A stretch of DNA of 63,978 bases, filler included, from Dirinaria sp. TL-2023a (Eukaryota), in the NCBI GenBank assembly GCA_051941275.1. It is 3 parts of 3 records of this genome, joined end to end, with 100 filler letters (N's around TTAATTAATTAA, not from the genome) between each part and the next. Parts side by side here need not be neighbours in the genome. Positions count along the whole stretch, not along the records: positions 22,473 to 44,827 come from JAVEBF010000226.1; 2 more parts are not named here. One strand, 5' to 3'. The stretch's first letter is position 1; each line of letters begins with the position of its first letter. The notes beneath the pieces were generated by a model. The model saw nothing but the letters and a program-made list of their open reading frames with translations, was not told where the DNA came from and searched no databases. Made by a program: the position numbers and the translations under genes. Below, piece after piece: positions 26,745 to 39,876 of the stretch.

Positions 26745-28706
26745 CTAATTCAGAGCCAAGAATTTTGCCAGCAATTTAGGGAAATTTGGTGTCCCCAGTC
26801 CAGTTACTGGATCCCATCCCGGCACCGACGAAAAACCAGGTGTACCGCACCCCTGATTACCTCCTGTCGTAATGTCATTGAGCGCGTCAGGGTTCGCATA
26901 GAGAGTCGGATTGATGAAGCCTACCGAACCTTTGCCTACGGCGAATCTTGCCTCATTGATGAGAGTGATGATCGAGCCGACAACGGGTGATGAGGCAGAC
27001 GTGCCATAGACCAAAGAAAAATTACCATCGATAGCGACCACGTAATTCGCTCCATTTGCGCTGATATCAGGGAAACCGCGCGAAAGCTGTGAACTATTGT
27101 ACTGCGCCGCAGTGTACGGAGGAGGGTGATTGGCGAAGAAGGACTTAACAGCGTTCGTCTGGTATGACGGTAGAGCAAAGACGTTAGAGAAACCTCCACC
27201 GGAAAAGATCACAGTCTCACAAGCCTCCTCAGGCTGAGTGACAGTGGCGTTAGGCTTGATCTGAGTCGCTCCTACAGATGTGACGTAGGGGCATGTGCTT
27301 GGGAAGGAGGGGTTGAACATCCCAGAGGTACCGTTGTTATACGTTCCATTAGAATTAATACACTCATCGAGGTTTCCTGCCACGCCATTGTCGCCAGATG
27401 AATAGAGTATAGTCGTTCCAGCTAGCCCAAGCTTCATGTACTCTGCACATTGACGCATTTCATATGCTGCGGTCAAATCAGCTTCGTTATAAGCATATGA
27501 TGTCGAGATGACTTTCGTTGCCGCAAAGCCCCCACAATTCTCCGGCCCAGTATAACCCCCGGGGAAAGGGTCAGGATAAGTTGCATCTTGAGTTGGATCA
27601 TCTCCACCCTCGAAGGTACAGTACGAACCATCAATGGCGTCGAGGAAATTATTGAACGACGCCCCTTCAACGAAGTCACCGGTTTGGTATAGGGTAACCT
27701 TCTGTGGGTTAACAAGGGTCATGGCATACTCAAGATCCAAGTCCGACTCGCCATTGAACTGAAAACTTTGATTCGTCGTTTGTGGCGCGCCGCCATCAAT
27801 GCTATCAATAATCGGAGTTCGTTGCACTTGCCTCCTGGAGAAATTGGCGAAGAACAGGTCCAAGTCGCCTTGCAGGAACGACTGGGGTGTGTACTCGACA
27901 ATACCATAACTATTCTGAGGATTTGCGGTAAAACCAGTTGGAAATTTGTAGAGTGCTCGGAGACAGTTGGGAGTGATGAAGAGATCGCAGTTCTTGAGCT
28001 CGTCAATTAGGCCATTGATGTTAATGCTTGCCCCTTTCTTGGGAAGCGACCCAGAACCAGGAGCTCCCACGCCAAGCGCAGCTTTCGTTTTGACGGGATG
28101 GCCAGCTGCTGCGGTGGTAGTAGCCGCACGCTTGACTCTTGTCACACGGTTCTCCTTGCCCATTGGTAATTTAGTGTCAAAATGTACGGTGGGAGTGATC
28201 AAATCGATATGTCGAGAGATGTGCTGGGGCACATGATACTCGGAGCAAGCAACATGAGATTTTCCTGTTTGGTGGGTGTGAACACGGTATTTCGTTTGGA
28301 GAAGGCGTTCAGCCTCCTCGACCGTCGCGTCAAAGTGAAGCCAACCAAGAGACTGCGACCTGGAGATCCGGTCCGCCGTTATACCACTAGATACGAGCCA
28401 GTCCATGACAGCTTTGACGCTCTCATGGCTCGGAGCAAATGTTTCGGCAATCTTCCGGGCCGACCAGTGTTGACCAAAGTTGGGAGAGTCCGGATGAGAG
28501 ACCTCCATAAGAAATTCCTCCGCCTTTTCCAAATTTCCCTGAGCGAGACCAATCTTCATTGGCAGGAGAGTCTTTCCATCCAGCTCCTTCCCTTGGCCCC
28601 AGCCGAAAGGCAGCTTGTTGCGCTTCTCATGGAGGACATGGTTCAACGAGGGTGCAGCTGCAGCGCTGGCCACCAAAGTACAAATCGTCAGTATGTTGAA
28701 TCGCAT
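26745..28706 (-). CDS. Secreted sedolisin (peptidase S53, tripeptidyl-peptidase/aorsin-like)
   Basis: Signal peptide and pro-domain; catalytic ESDLD, SSGDNG and GTSASSP; C-terminal GWDPVTGLGTPNF. Confidence 0.95.
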   Translation of the reverse strand: MRFNILTICTLVASAAAAPSLNHVLHEKRNKLPFGWGQGKELDGKTLLPMKIGLAQGNLEKAEEFLMEVSHPDSPNFGQHWSARKIAETFAPSHESVKAVMDWLVSSGITADRISRSQSLGWLHFDATVEEAERLLQTKYRVHTHQTGKSHVACSEYHVPQHISRHIDLITPTVHFDTKLPMGKENRVTRVKRAATTTAAAGHPVKTKAALGVGAPGSGSLPKKGASININGLIDELKNCDLFITPNCLRALYKFPTGFTANPQNSYGIVEYTPQSFLQGDLDLFFANFSRRQVQRTPIIDSIDGGAPQTTNQSFQFNGESDLDLEYAMTLVNPQKVTLYQTGDFVEGASFNNFLDAIDGSYCTFEGGDDPTQDATYPDPFPGGYTGPENCGGFAATKVISTSYAYNEADLTAAYEMRQCAEYMKLGLAGTTILYSSGDNGVAGNLDECINSNGTYNNGTSGMFNPSFPSTCPYVTSVGATQIKPNATVTQPEEACETVIFSGGGFSNVFALPSYQTNAVKSFFANHPPPYTAAQYNSSQLSRGFPDISANGANYVVAIDGNFSLVYGTSASSPVVGSIITLINEARFAVGKGSVGFINPTLYANPDALNDITTGGNQGCGTPGFSSVPGWDPVTGLGTPNFPKLLAKFLALN

Positions 28707-30000
28707 GTTCGGCGGGTATTGGCAAACGGACTGAGAAGGAACGTGAAGAATGAAAGAGGCCAGCTTCCATATTTATTCTCACATTGCGACCTATCTGCAA
28801 ACCATTCATATCAACAGTAACCGACTGCACCTAATCATTGTGATTCTCGAAGAGGAAGGAGAGTTTGCTATTTTCTATCTTATGTCCAACCTACATGTGC
28901 TTATCCGGAGTGCACCTAAACGAAGAAGCTCCGAGCTAGCTCAGGCACGAAGCAGATGCATAGTAGGGGAGCGGTGGTTGGGATGGCCTCGGGTAAGGTA
29001 AGACACATGAGATTAAGATGCTAAGAAGCTCATTGCGCGACATTGGTGGGGAAACAGGGTGTTGGCTCTTGCACCCTACTTGTCAATGGCATTGGATGCA
29101 CCATTGAAGCAGTCGGTCGGTCACAAGCTAGCCAGATCGTGTCATCATCATCTTGTTTGAGGGCGGTCGACCGCATTGAGTGGCAAACGTCTTCGTCTTG
29201 ACCATCATTGATAGCAACGGAGAATTTTTGTTTAAGTGCAGCTGACATTATCTTTAGAAAAGGAAGTACTCGTCCACCACGACGATCACAATCGGCAGTG
29301 GCCTTCCGTTCAGCCGGAAGAGGAAGGAGCGAAGAGTGGTTAGTGAGGATTTTGACCAACGGATGGATCGGTCCGGAACGAAGTTGTGATTCATGCATGA
29401 TGCGGATGATCTGGCGCCGCAGGATAATCCGAGCAAGTACCTAGGAATGTAAGGTAAGGTACCTTAGCATGTCTCAACTCAACCTTGATTCTTTTGGCGA
29501 GATAGTCGTAAGTACAAATATGAATGATTGCACTACCCACAGCGAGTGAGCAAAGAAGACTGCGCCGAAAATCTCCGATTCGACCTCCTCGGACAAGGTA
29601 TGTAGGTGCTGTAAAGTAGTCAAGCTCGTCGAACGGGCAAGAGCTCACCTTGTAAAGTTCTTTTGGGATACTGCCGAAGGATGCTATCAGTGGCCGATGT
29701 GAAAGAAGTGGAACACCATGACTGTTGTATTCATCGAGGATTGGCTACCTCTGACCACCAGAGCTACCTTGCGCTTACCATGTTTGGAAGCCTTTCTGCG
29801 AGATCTGTATCTTATCTTGAAATGCAGCCTTCGCTAAGATTGGACAACATCCGTCTATAGTTGCACATCCGAAGTATGATGGTGTGCAATGCTGCTTGCA
29901 TACTTGTAGCCATTCAATCGCTTGCTCTCCCACACCTTGATAGTCATCTGCGTGGCAACAAGCTGCACATGCTCAACAACAGATACACGGCATAGAATAA

Positions 30001-31445
30001 TCATCGCTGTAGACCTGCGTCTTCATTGTACGACATCCACGACATCACGTGAGGCACAGAACCTCCAGCACGAGCCGCTCGTCTTACTTCTGATGCATTG
30101 TTGAGGTTGGAGCCCATGCCACGCGTGCTCTTTCCAGACGAAGTAGATTCTGCATGCACACTCTCGATCGGCGACCCGGGCTTTTCCTTCGGACTATTGA
30201 TCAGAGACCGTTCAGAGTCAGTAGGAAGCTCGGCTCTGCCCTTGAAGTTTGTATCAGGTAATTCGGTTGTAACATCCTTCATCGGCCCTGCCAATTCGGC
30301 TTCTGTAGGTACCTTGACGCCGTCGGAGTACCCCCTAATACTACTGGGACCATGCATCAGTGACACTGGTGAACGCGGCACCTTCCCGCGGTTGTTGGTT
30401 CCTGCAGAACTGGTGAGGGAGCTAACGAGTGACCACACCATAGATCTACGAATACGGTCTCTTGGTCCGCTCTGAGTTTGCTGGGTGTCTGCGTTCGTAA
30501 CATGTCAGTCGATATCCCTTCATTGTGATAGATCCAGTGAAAGGGATACGTTTTGTGTTTGCTACAATTGACCGCAGAAGAATCGAGTAGAATTGATCAG
30601 TGCGCAGTAATTTCCAGGCCAAACTGCAGCAGATATTCAGCAGCGCGCTCGGTGCTGTATGCACAAAAGAGATTTGGCCTACGAACAGAAAGAAGATTCA
30701 AAGGCTGCCAAAGAGACGAACGGAGGCGAAGTCTTGCTTTAACCTCGATTGAGACTTTGGTAATAGATGGCACTCACTTTCACTAGTGCCAAGCCCAATC
30801 GCCTGGGGTCCAAAAGCGTCGATGCGATGTTCATCACCGCTGGCTTGATTGCCTCCACCTGCGTGCTTCTTCCGTCGTAGCCAGAGCCAGAGCATGATAA
30901 GCAACACAGCAAGGATAGCTCCTCCTACGCCAGCAACAACGCCAATGATCGTCTTGCCAGGTGTATCTGATGATCTGGATGATTTCAATGGTGTAGGGCT
31001 CGGTAGTTGACGGCTGGAGGAGCTTGGTGATGTGGCATGACGACTCATAGTGTTTTGAGAAAGTGTGATAAACCCGTCAGTGGTATAGGTCTTCGTAATC
31101 GAGAGCACACTCGAGGATCCATCTAATTGGCTGCTGATTGTTGAAAGGCTCGAAGAGGTCTGAGTGCGTTGAGACCCTTTAGTGGACGAGGATGCTTGAC
31201 CTGCCGTTAGCTGAGGCTACTAAAGTTCTGACCAAATACTTACCTGTATGCGAGCCTGGCCCAGGGGATCCTTGGATTGTTCTCGTAATTGAGCTGGAGC
31301 TAGGTATTGAATCGTCATCGGGACACCCAGAGTCGTTACAGGCGTCAACTGAGCAGCAACCTCGGAAACCGTTCGAGTTGCATACATACCACTGCAGGCC
31401 CCCCGTGCATGTGTTGTCCCGTAGATGGACGGGCTGCGAATCCAT
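30001..31445 (-). CDS. Single-pass membrane protein with N-terminal Cys cluster and Ser/Thr-rich stalk
   Basis: CTGGLQWYVCNSNGFRGCCSVDAC domain, S/T-rich region, TM IIGVVAGVGGAILAVLLIMLWLWL followed by RRKK, and cytoplasmic AELP/AELA motifs. Exon joins are approximate. Confidence 0.65.
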
Positions 31446-32002
31446 TTTTACAGGAAGTTCGGTTTTTATGGATTGATTGCTTGATGGGAAACCAGTCCAC
31501 AATGAGCCATTTGCAGGAAGATATTTTGCCGATCCGACGGTGCAGTAGTACACGAGTTACCTGTGTTGACGAAAAGCACAGGATTTAGTAGTTCGTTTTG
31601 GTACAAAACATAGGCCGTGCCTAATTATTGTAGGTGTTAAGTTAGGAGTTGCTATCGGGTCTAACTTTGATCCGCCTTTTTAGCCACGCTCTAATAAGAT
31701 TTGTTGATGATGTTCTTTTCCGCCTTTATATGATCTCAATTGCCAATTATGCTTAAGACATTGATTCTAAAGTAGGGATTCAGTGACGCACTGAACACTC
31801 AGGCAATAGGGCGCATGAGAAGTATGAAACAGGGTTTGAAGCGGAAGAGAAAGACATATTCTGAGTCTCACAAGTCACGATGGAACACTTGTGTTCTAAG
31901 ACACGATGTCTACGCGCTACCATAACTATCTATGGTAGCTTGAGTGGACGAGGTGGACATAATCACCAATTATTCGCTCCGATGAGCTCATGTCTAAGGC
32001 TG

Positions 32003-33077
32003 TCATCTTCCAAACTTCATCTGCGCCTTTGCGTAGCTATGCAAAGCACGTAAGAAGGTCTGGTAGCCGACTCCGGAATTGTCCTGGACATGGAAGATTT
32101 CTGTCAGACGAACTTGCCAAGGGGGGTAGCCTTGTAATCCAACATTTGGGCCGAACAATACAAGGAGATCTGGCTCGCCCATAACACTTTCCGTGAGCTC
32201 TGTATCAATCAAATCTAATGAGATGTCATGTGGTGACAACTTCCCTTTCTGAGACATCTCGGCTAATGTCTTGGTCAAGTCGACTAGAGTGGAACGACCG
32301 TCCTCAGCCGAAAGCAGGAGAATGGAAAGGTGTCCTGTGAAGTCAATTAGCGCTTTTATTGAACGGTGTGTACCTGGCTCTACCTTGGGAGGGCATTAGC
32401 GACTCCGATCCTTCTGAAGCATCACCATTCAGAAAAGACGGAACATGTGGAGCTCTTATTTGTAGCGAAGGGACCGTTTGACCAAAATAAGAGTGCATCT
32501 TCCGCGAGACTGTGCGATGTGTGGTTGGGATGTAACTTTTCAAGATACCTGATGCTGTTAGTCACTCGGCTGCTACCCCATGGAAATAGCTCATACCGGT
32601 CTTCTCGTACACACTGAGCAGTGGAATACCAACGCAAGCACACCAGGCCGCTAGTTCCGCGAGGTCATCCATTAATGATTCCAGCCTCACTGTACCTCGT
32701 TCTTCGCCTTTGAGCTCGATAATAGCGCTCAGGTGCTGCGGCAAGCGGCTCAATCCGCGAAAATCCTTCGTGATGAGCTCAGGGGCACGGTGATGATAAT
32801 ATAAGACTGCAAATGTTCGGTCAAGAACTACATGATAAGTTTGGCGTAGTCTGATGTATATGGAGAAAATAGCATGAATAATGTGGAAAACCAACAGATA
32901 GAGTTGCGTCTTCAGGAAACTTCGTATTGGTTGTTGCTTTTGGTATTGAGATCTAGACATCCTCGGTTGCCTTGGTAGGTACGGTTGAAGCAGGTTCTCA
33001 CGCTGTTTTGGGGTGAGGAGAGTGCCTTTAGAGCTCGCATCCTGACGGAATGCTCGGGTTGCCTGGGGAGCTAGCAT
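32003..33077 (-). CDS. NUS1: Dehydrodolichyl diphosphate synthase complex subunit (Nogo-B receptor family)
   Basis: LPQHLSAII, LAAWCACVGIPLLSVYEKTG, EPDLLVLFGP..LQGYPPWQVRLTEIF; C-terminus MKFGR. Confidence 0.92.
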
Positions 33078-33446
33078 AGTGAGAAAGGATTGAGGCAACA
33101 CTTGAGCAGGCTTCAATAATGGAGATATGTGAATTGAAACATTAAATGTCCTTGCATTGATGGCTCGGACCAATCATAGAAAATATGAAAATCCGGAATC
33201 ATGGAGTCATTTTCTAATCGGCTAAGGCAGGAGTGCGGCCCGCCCCTTAGCCGGCCTCTGAGCTACCTCTATTTCGACTCGTACTCCATACCGTACGGAT
33301 TCGACAATTATGATGAAGGCATATATTACTCGATAGCGGCCTAGACGGCGACTAACAACTGACCACACTAGTCTTCAGAGACATTCGTCTCAGCAATGAG
33401 TCCCTTCCTCCACCCAATTACCTGAGCTTTCACTTATTATCCGTAT

Positions 33447-36158
33447 ATGCAAAGAGGAAGCATGCGAGGCCCATCAAGCACCAATTCTTCAATAAACCAA
33501 CCTCCACTGCCTCAGGCTGGCCGATCGGTCTTTCCGCAGGCGCCTTCGTTCTCCCTAGACACCTTTTCTAGTCGCGATTTCATTGTCAAGGATTTCGTCG
33601 AAGCGCTTTCGGACAGTGCCGTTCCTCCAAACCGCAGATCAGGCCCATCTAATCAAGCTGATGCATTTGACCCCAAGCCGCTCATACGCAGCTTCGAACA
33701 TGCGTTGAACCGGATGTCAGATTTATCCGGCGACCTTGAGCTACGTGAAAATGAACTCTCAGCGGCTGTGCGGCGGGCAGAAGCACAGCACAATCAGAAT
33801 GTCCAAGTGCTCGGGAGAAAGCTGGATTCGACAATAGATTCATTCCATCATCTGGATACATCTCTCAACGGCGATGACTACGAAAATGGCGGGAACACGA
33901 TAGTAAAAATTGGCGAGCGGCTGGAAGAGCTTGATCGACAGCGAACTCGAGCCCAGGATGCAAAATTCATCATACAGTGTTGGATGGAAGTTAGTGAGCG
34001 AGGCGAATTACTCCAATTGGAAGACATAAGGCGATCTGGGGAAGGAGAGGGAAAAGTTCGTTGCGCGAGAATAGCACGCATCCTTACAAAAATAAGCCAG
34101 AGGCTTGATCCAGAAAGTTGGTCTGGGGTCAACGGTCATACCAAGCACATTAATAGCGTCGATGGGCTAAATGGATTAGATGCTGGCCGCAAGAGGGGGC
34201 GCCATAACACGAGGGAGCTCATCGAGAAATTCTCCGAGACGTTGGAGAAAGATTTGCTTAGATCGTTCCAAGAATTCTACAGGCGGGCTAATTTCGAAGG
34301 AATGCGAGATTGCGCCAATGTACTGCATGACTTCAATGGAGGTGCCAGTGTTGTTGCGTTGTTTGTTAATCAGCACCAATTTTTCATTGAGCGCAGCCAG
34401 CTCATTACCGCAGAAGCTATTGGTGATGCTACTACTTGGGAACGGCTTGCTGATCCGGACGCCGACCCCCCAGGCGTTGAACCGAGCTTGCAGTCTTTAA
34501 TAGATGAGGTCAAGAACGTGGTGCAAGAAGAGTCCGTTATTATCAAACGCGCATTTCCTTTCGCAGAAGAGGTCCTTGGAAACTTCTTGCAACGTGTATT
34601 CCAGCAGTCTATTCAACAAAGGCTCGAGATAGTACTGGAAAAGGCCGGCACAGTCTCGTCACTCGCGTTCCTAAGGTCATTACAAGCAGCGCGCAGTTAT
34701 ATAAGTACGTTAGTAGACGACCTCAAGTCGCATGGCTTAGTAGAGCATCCAGAACCGATTTCACCCCAGATTGGCATGATACTGGATCAACAATTTGACG
34801 ACTTATTCGTGCCATACTTCGTTGGCACATCGTACATAGAACGAGAGAGGAGAAGTTTGGAGGAGCTCTACTCATCGCTTTTGTTCAAATTTACGATTTT
34901 CCATGTAAGCTCTCGAACAAGTTCGGATCCGTTCAAGCGACTTATGAAATGTAGTCTCGACGACGCAAAGTCCCCACAACATTCATGAAATCACTAGCCA
35001 AGTCAGGAAGTGAAATGCTCGCTTCAGCTCGAGATGCGTATGTTGACCGGTTGGACTCATCCGACCTCACGGCTGCCCAGAAAGCCATGCTCCTCCGAGT
35101 CGCTGGTTTAAAAGAGTCCGAAAACGCTAAAACGCAAGCCGAAATCGAGGTCGGAGAGCAAGACGGTGTCCTCAGTCCTGCGAATGCGAAGCGCATGCTG
35201 AAATGGCTTGCCGAAGCCGTCGGTCGAGGGCTTGAACTTAGTGGAGGTAATGAGACGGCGAAAGAAGTTTCTGCATTGTTAAACCTTCTGCTAACCAACA
35301 TGGGCGAAATATACTTGGAGACCGCGCTCGATGCGTAAGTCTTAAAAACAGTCCTGTACGACTTAAAGCTGATTGAAACGTAGCGCCAATGATGCGGCCG
35401 CAAGCCAGGAGAACGCTAAAAATGACCCGGACCTTTCCTACCTTCAGAATCTTCGCTCCGCTATCACCATCATGCATTTGATGAACACGTGCATACGGAC
35501 AGTGCTGATACCGCTCGCCTTTTCCACGATCACGGTATCTCGTAATATGGAGAGAACTACCGCTCAAGCCATGGAACGGACGGAGGAGAAGATCAATAAC
35601 ATTATGCAGAAGACGATTGATGTTGTTCTGGCGTGGGTAGTGAAGCTGCTTGCCCGCCAACAGAAGACCGACTTCCGACCCAAAGATGATACTCTGAGCG
35701 GAGGCAGCGCTTGGCTAGAGCAGCTTCAGACACCGACGTGTCTCAGCATCTTCACATTCCTTAGCCGTCTACACACTCTGGCTCTCTCCGCCCTTTCACC
35801 ATCTCCAAACCTGACCGCCTTCCTTACGGAGCTCGCGATCAACGTCCGTTCTCTTCTTCTCGACCATTTCAGAAAGTTTTCCGTCAATGCTGCTGGGGGT
35901 ATCATGGTGACTAAAGACATCACGAAGTATATCGAGCTCCTGCGGAGCTGGGAAGTGGATGAGTCATTCTTACCGACTCTGGAGGTTTTGGCCGAAGTTG
36001 GCCATATCTTCGTCATTGGACCCGAAGCCTTGCGGGAGCGACTTAGAGCACAGAAAGGAGCTGGTGGGCTCTGGGACAAGGGCGATATGAGAGCGTATGT
36101 GCTGAAAAGAGATGATGTTGGTAGTGTAGGCGTGCAAAGTGTGCTGAGCTCGCTTTGA
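33447..36158 (+). CDS. SEC10: Exocyst complex component Sec10, 3 exons
   Basis: FDPKPLIRSFE, coiled coil, FVNQHQFFI, LARQQKTDFRPKD, FSVNAAGGIMVTKDITKY. Confidence 0.92.
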
Positions 36159-36963
36159 CTCGGAGGGACTTGATTCGAGTGACGTTCGGTTCTACGATGC
36201 GAGCACGGTGTTCGGGAGCTGCGTACTAATTAGATACCAGGGCCACTATATACCCATGCATTTCGGAGCTGAAATCCATTTTAGTATCTAATTTTATTAG
36301 TGAGCGATGCGTAATGGGGTAAGCCGAGTCTTCGTATTTGATAGATCCATGTATAGGTAGAGCTTTCATTCAGAGGAATCCTTTTCGATTCGTGTGACAA
36401 TAGTAGCAGTCAGGCAGTCATGTCACTTTTATATTATCGTTTGCGAAATTGCAAGTAAAACAATTATCTGCACATACAAAATAAGAAAGCTTTGAAGCAT
36501 GCGTTAACCATACAGCAACATGCAATGAGCAGACAATATAGTGCAATTGACTCGCTCTCTCATGCTAAACGATTTTCTATAACTGATGCAGAGGCGTGTA
36601 TATTGGACAGGAATGTGCTTATGCTGCGCCACATTCATTGGCAGCAACATACAGACGTTAGACAGGCAGAGGGTAGACGAGAAGATGTTTGATAGAAAGA
36701 TATTTGATTGACAGGTCACTCTCAATCTGGGAGGGTAATGAAGATTGATTATTGATTATACACGCGGATCTTTTTGGATCTCTTAAGCGGATACTAGTAG
36801 TTTGCCCAAAGATTTTGTCGGTTTGGTTCTTGTCGTCCGCCGTAGGTTGCGGGGCCATTTTTGGTATCGTCAACACACCCCTTGAACCCCTCCAAACAAC
36901 TATTTCCAACCACCACATTAAATCCACACAGATGCTTCCTACCTCTCCATAGCTGTAGCTTAA

Positions 36964-38262
36964 ATGATGGCTTCCAGCGAACCTGGAGAATCTTTCACAC
37001 TCTCCCCCTCAACCCCGAAGCTCGACACTGCCGAGGACATTCTCCCACATCTAAAATCGCTTCAACAATCCTCCTCGATAACCTCTATTACCCTCTCAGG
37101 AACCACTCTCGGCGCTCCTGCCTGCGCCGCCCTTGCCTCCATCCTCCGCACAAAAGACACCCTCCAAACTGCGAACTTCGCCGACATCTTCACTTCCCGC
37201 CTGCTCTCTGAAATTCCGCCCGCCCTATCCTCGCTGCTCACTGCCTGCATTTCGCTCCCACACCTGCATACTGTGGATTTGAGCGACAATGCGTTTGGGC
37301 TGAATACCGTTACGCCGCTAGTGGAGTTCCTGTCACAACATGTCCCACTACGGCATCTGATATTAAATAATAATGGACTAGGCCCGCAGGCGGGCGCTAT
37401 GATCGCGGAAGCGTTGACGCAGCTGGCAGAAAAAAAGGAAGATGCGCGGCGGAAAATCCCTGATACCGAGGTTCCCTTGTTAGAAACTATCATCTGTGGC
37501 CGAAACAGACTTGAAAGTGGCAGCATGGCCGCATGGGCAAAGTGCTACCGGGCAAATCGTGGGGTTAAGATTGTTAAAATGGTGCAGAATGGGATTCGGC
37601 AGGATGGGGTTGCGCTACTTTTGAGGGAGGGGCTGAGGAACTGTGAGGGTCTTCAAGTATGCGATTTGCAGGATAACACTTTTACGACTGTGGGTGCTAG
37701 GGCGCTGGCGGAGGTTGTGGACGGGTGGAAATCGTTGAGGGAATTGGGCGTTGGAGACTGCCTTGTGGGTGCGAGGGGTATGGTTCAGGTTGCTGAGGCA
37801 CTTGGAAGGGGAGAGAATCAGGAACTGAGAGTCTTGAGGGCGCAGTATAATGAAATTGATGCTAAAGGTGTCGGGGCGTTGTTGAAGGTTGTGAAGTCTG
37901 GAAAGTTGGAGGGTCTGAGGAGGGTGGAGGTAAATGGTAACAAATTCAATGAGGACGATGAGGGGATCGAGGGGCTGAGGACTGCTCTGGAGGAGAGGAG
38001 AGAGGCCCATGACGGGGAAGAGGGCGAGTGGGGCATTGATGAGCTGAGTGACCTGGAAGAGGAGAGTGAGGAGGAAGACGAGGAAGAGGAGGACGAGAGT
38101 GAGAAAGAGGAAGAAGAGGAGGAGGAGGAAGGAGAGAGGGAGGGTAAAGCAGAGAAGATGTTGAAAGACGCGGATGAAGAGGAAGGCAAGAAGGTCAGTC
38201 AAAAGCAGGACGCCGAGGTTGATGAGCTGGCAGAGAAGCTGGGCCAAACGGAATTAAAATAG
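36964..38262 (+). CDS. RNA1: Ran GTPase-activating protein
   Basis: LRRs with ADIFTSRL, DLSDNAFG, GRNRLE, QNGIR and LQDNTFT; long acidic C-terminal tract. Confidence 0.93.
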   Translation: MMASSEPGESFTLSPSTPKLDTAEDILPHLKSLQQSSSITSITLSGTTLGAPACAALASILRTKDTLQTANFADIFTSRLLSEIPPALSSLLTACISLPHLHTVDLSDNAFGLNTVTPLVEFLSQHVPLRHLILNNNGLGPQAGAMIAEALTQLAEKKEDARRKIPDTEVPLLETIICGRNRLESGSMAAWAKCYRANRGVKIVKMVQNGIRQDGVALLLREGLRNCEGLQVCDLQDNTFTTVGARALAEVVDGWKSLRELGVGDCLVGARGMVQVAEALGRGENQELRVLRAQYNEIDAKGVGALLKVVKSGKLEGLRRVEVNGNKFNEDDEGIEGLRTALEERREAHDGEEGEWGIDELSDLEEESEEEDEEEEDESEKEEEEEEEEGEREGKAEKMLKDADEEEGKKVSQKQDAEVDELAEKLGQTELK

Positions 38263-38468
38263 AAGCAAGCATCAATTAAAGGAAATAGACGGTAGTTGCC
38301 TGAACCTGCAAACGTTGCAAAGATAATCTCGCTCCTCTAGTTGAAGATCCTAATCTTTCCGAAAAGTGTTACCCCTACTTAATCATGGTACGAGGAAATC
38401 AGGTCACAAGGTTTTAGAAACTTGGAGAGTCTAAGTCAAAGGGAAAATAAATGTTCATTGCTACTATC

Positions 38469-39164
38469 TTATTCTGCTACGGGATGCCCTGGCTTCCATA
38501 GCCTCCACACATGAAGGATAGTCATCCTCTTGTTGTCATCACGCATATCTTCCTTCTCTTGCTCCTTCCAAAACTCAAACCCATTCTTCTCCAAAACCCT
38601 TTCACTGCTCCGATTCCAAATATCCGTTAAAGCCATCAAATAGGTTTTTTCATCTCCTTCTAGCACCGGATGTCCGATGGGAAATGCCTCCCAATAGGCT
38701 TGAATCAACCCACGAATCGCTTCCGTGGCGATCCCCTTTCCCCATACCGACGGGTGGAACGCGTATCCAATTTCAGGTGCAGAATGCACACCGCAGAGAC
38801 CTAGAACGCTCTTCCTGTCTTCTTCAGACGGTACCAGCCAGCTAGGATGGGGATCTTGGTCTTTATACTCGGGAGGCAGGAAGTGCACGACGAAGTTCCA
38901 GCATTTGGGGCTAGCGAGGCGTGTTTCGACCCATGCACGGGATTCTGCTAGGGTGGTATCTGGCTTTCTATTATGTACAGTAGACGGTTGTCAGACTTAT
39001 AGGCCACGACTGCGGATCGGGAAGGGGACGCACTTCCAGTGCACGATCCTAGGATCGGATTTGTGTTTATGTATTCCCGGCATATATTCGAAGCTCATTG
39101 GGCGGAGCAGAAGACGCTCGGTTTTGATCACATTTGAATGGAGGCCAGGCCATTCCTGCGCCAT
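38469..39164 (-). CDS. GNAT/RimJ-RimL family N-acetyltransferase
   Basis: IKTERLLLRP at the N-terminus, EIGYAFHPSVWGKGIATEA and NRSSERVLEKNGF; one intron near 38975-39035. Confidence 0.85.
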
Positions 39165-39876
39165 TGCGGTTTTCTCTCGACTGACTTGGTTCTTAGGAAT
39201 CGGACTGCTCTGGGGAAAGGGTTGTCGAGTCCCTCATGTAGCTCGACCCAATCGCTGCTGATGGTCAAGCCTATGGCAGGCTACCCGGATCCCCTTATCC
39301 AACATCTCGCGGGGCGAACTAGGCAGCAGATTAAGTAGGAGAGACCCTCATCATGTCCGACGACTCGAAAGGTCGGTAATGAAGTTATGACGTCTTTCTT
39401 CCCTACCTTCGATCCCATCTTCTGGATTTAGTTCGTAGTCTGCCATGGGAATCCCCAAAAGGAAGCATAAGGCATCAGAGGTTGATAGCGCTATTGCCTG
39501 AGGATCATACAAGGTACGTACGAGGGGTACTTGCTACCGACCCTCATCCCTTACCGGATCTGGACTGTTGCCTTGGCACAAGCACGTGAGAGCGTGAAAC
39601 TCTGGTACTGGAGCCTGGAAGAAAAAGATCGGCCGGGTCTCACCGCCAGAAACAACAGAAACACCCAACTAGCTGGCCAGGGAACTTTGGCACTCTCACG
39701 CCAACGAGCGATTGGCATACATGAACTAGCTTGGCTCGAAGTCGGATAAAGACCGACTCAATCCCCAGACAGATCGGTTCTGGGCGTGTAAGTTCATCTC
39801 GCCATCCAGTACTCTCATCAATTGAGATACCTGTGTCTTAAATTTCCTCCTCTGTCGTCTAGTCTTGCCTTACAAA

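Noticed and set aside
38050..38145. GAG/GAA-rich repeat
   Set aside because: Encodes the normal acidic tail of RanGAP.
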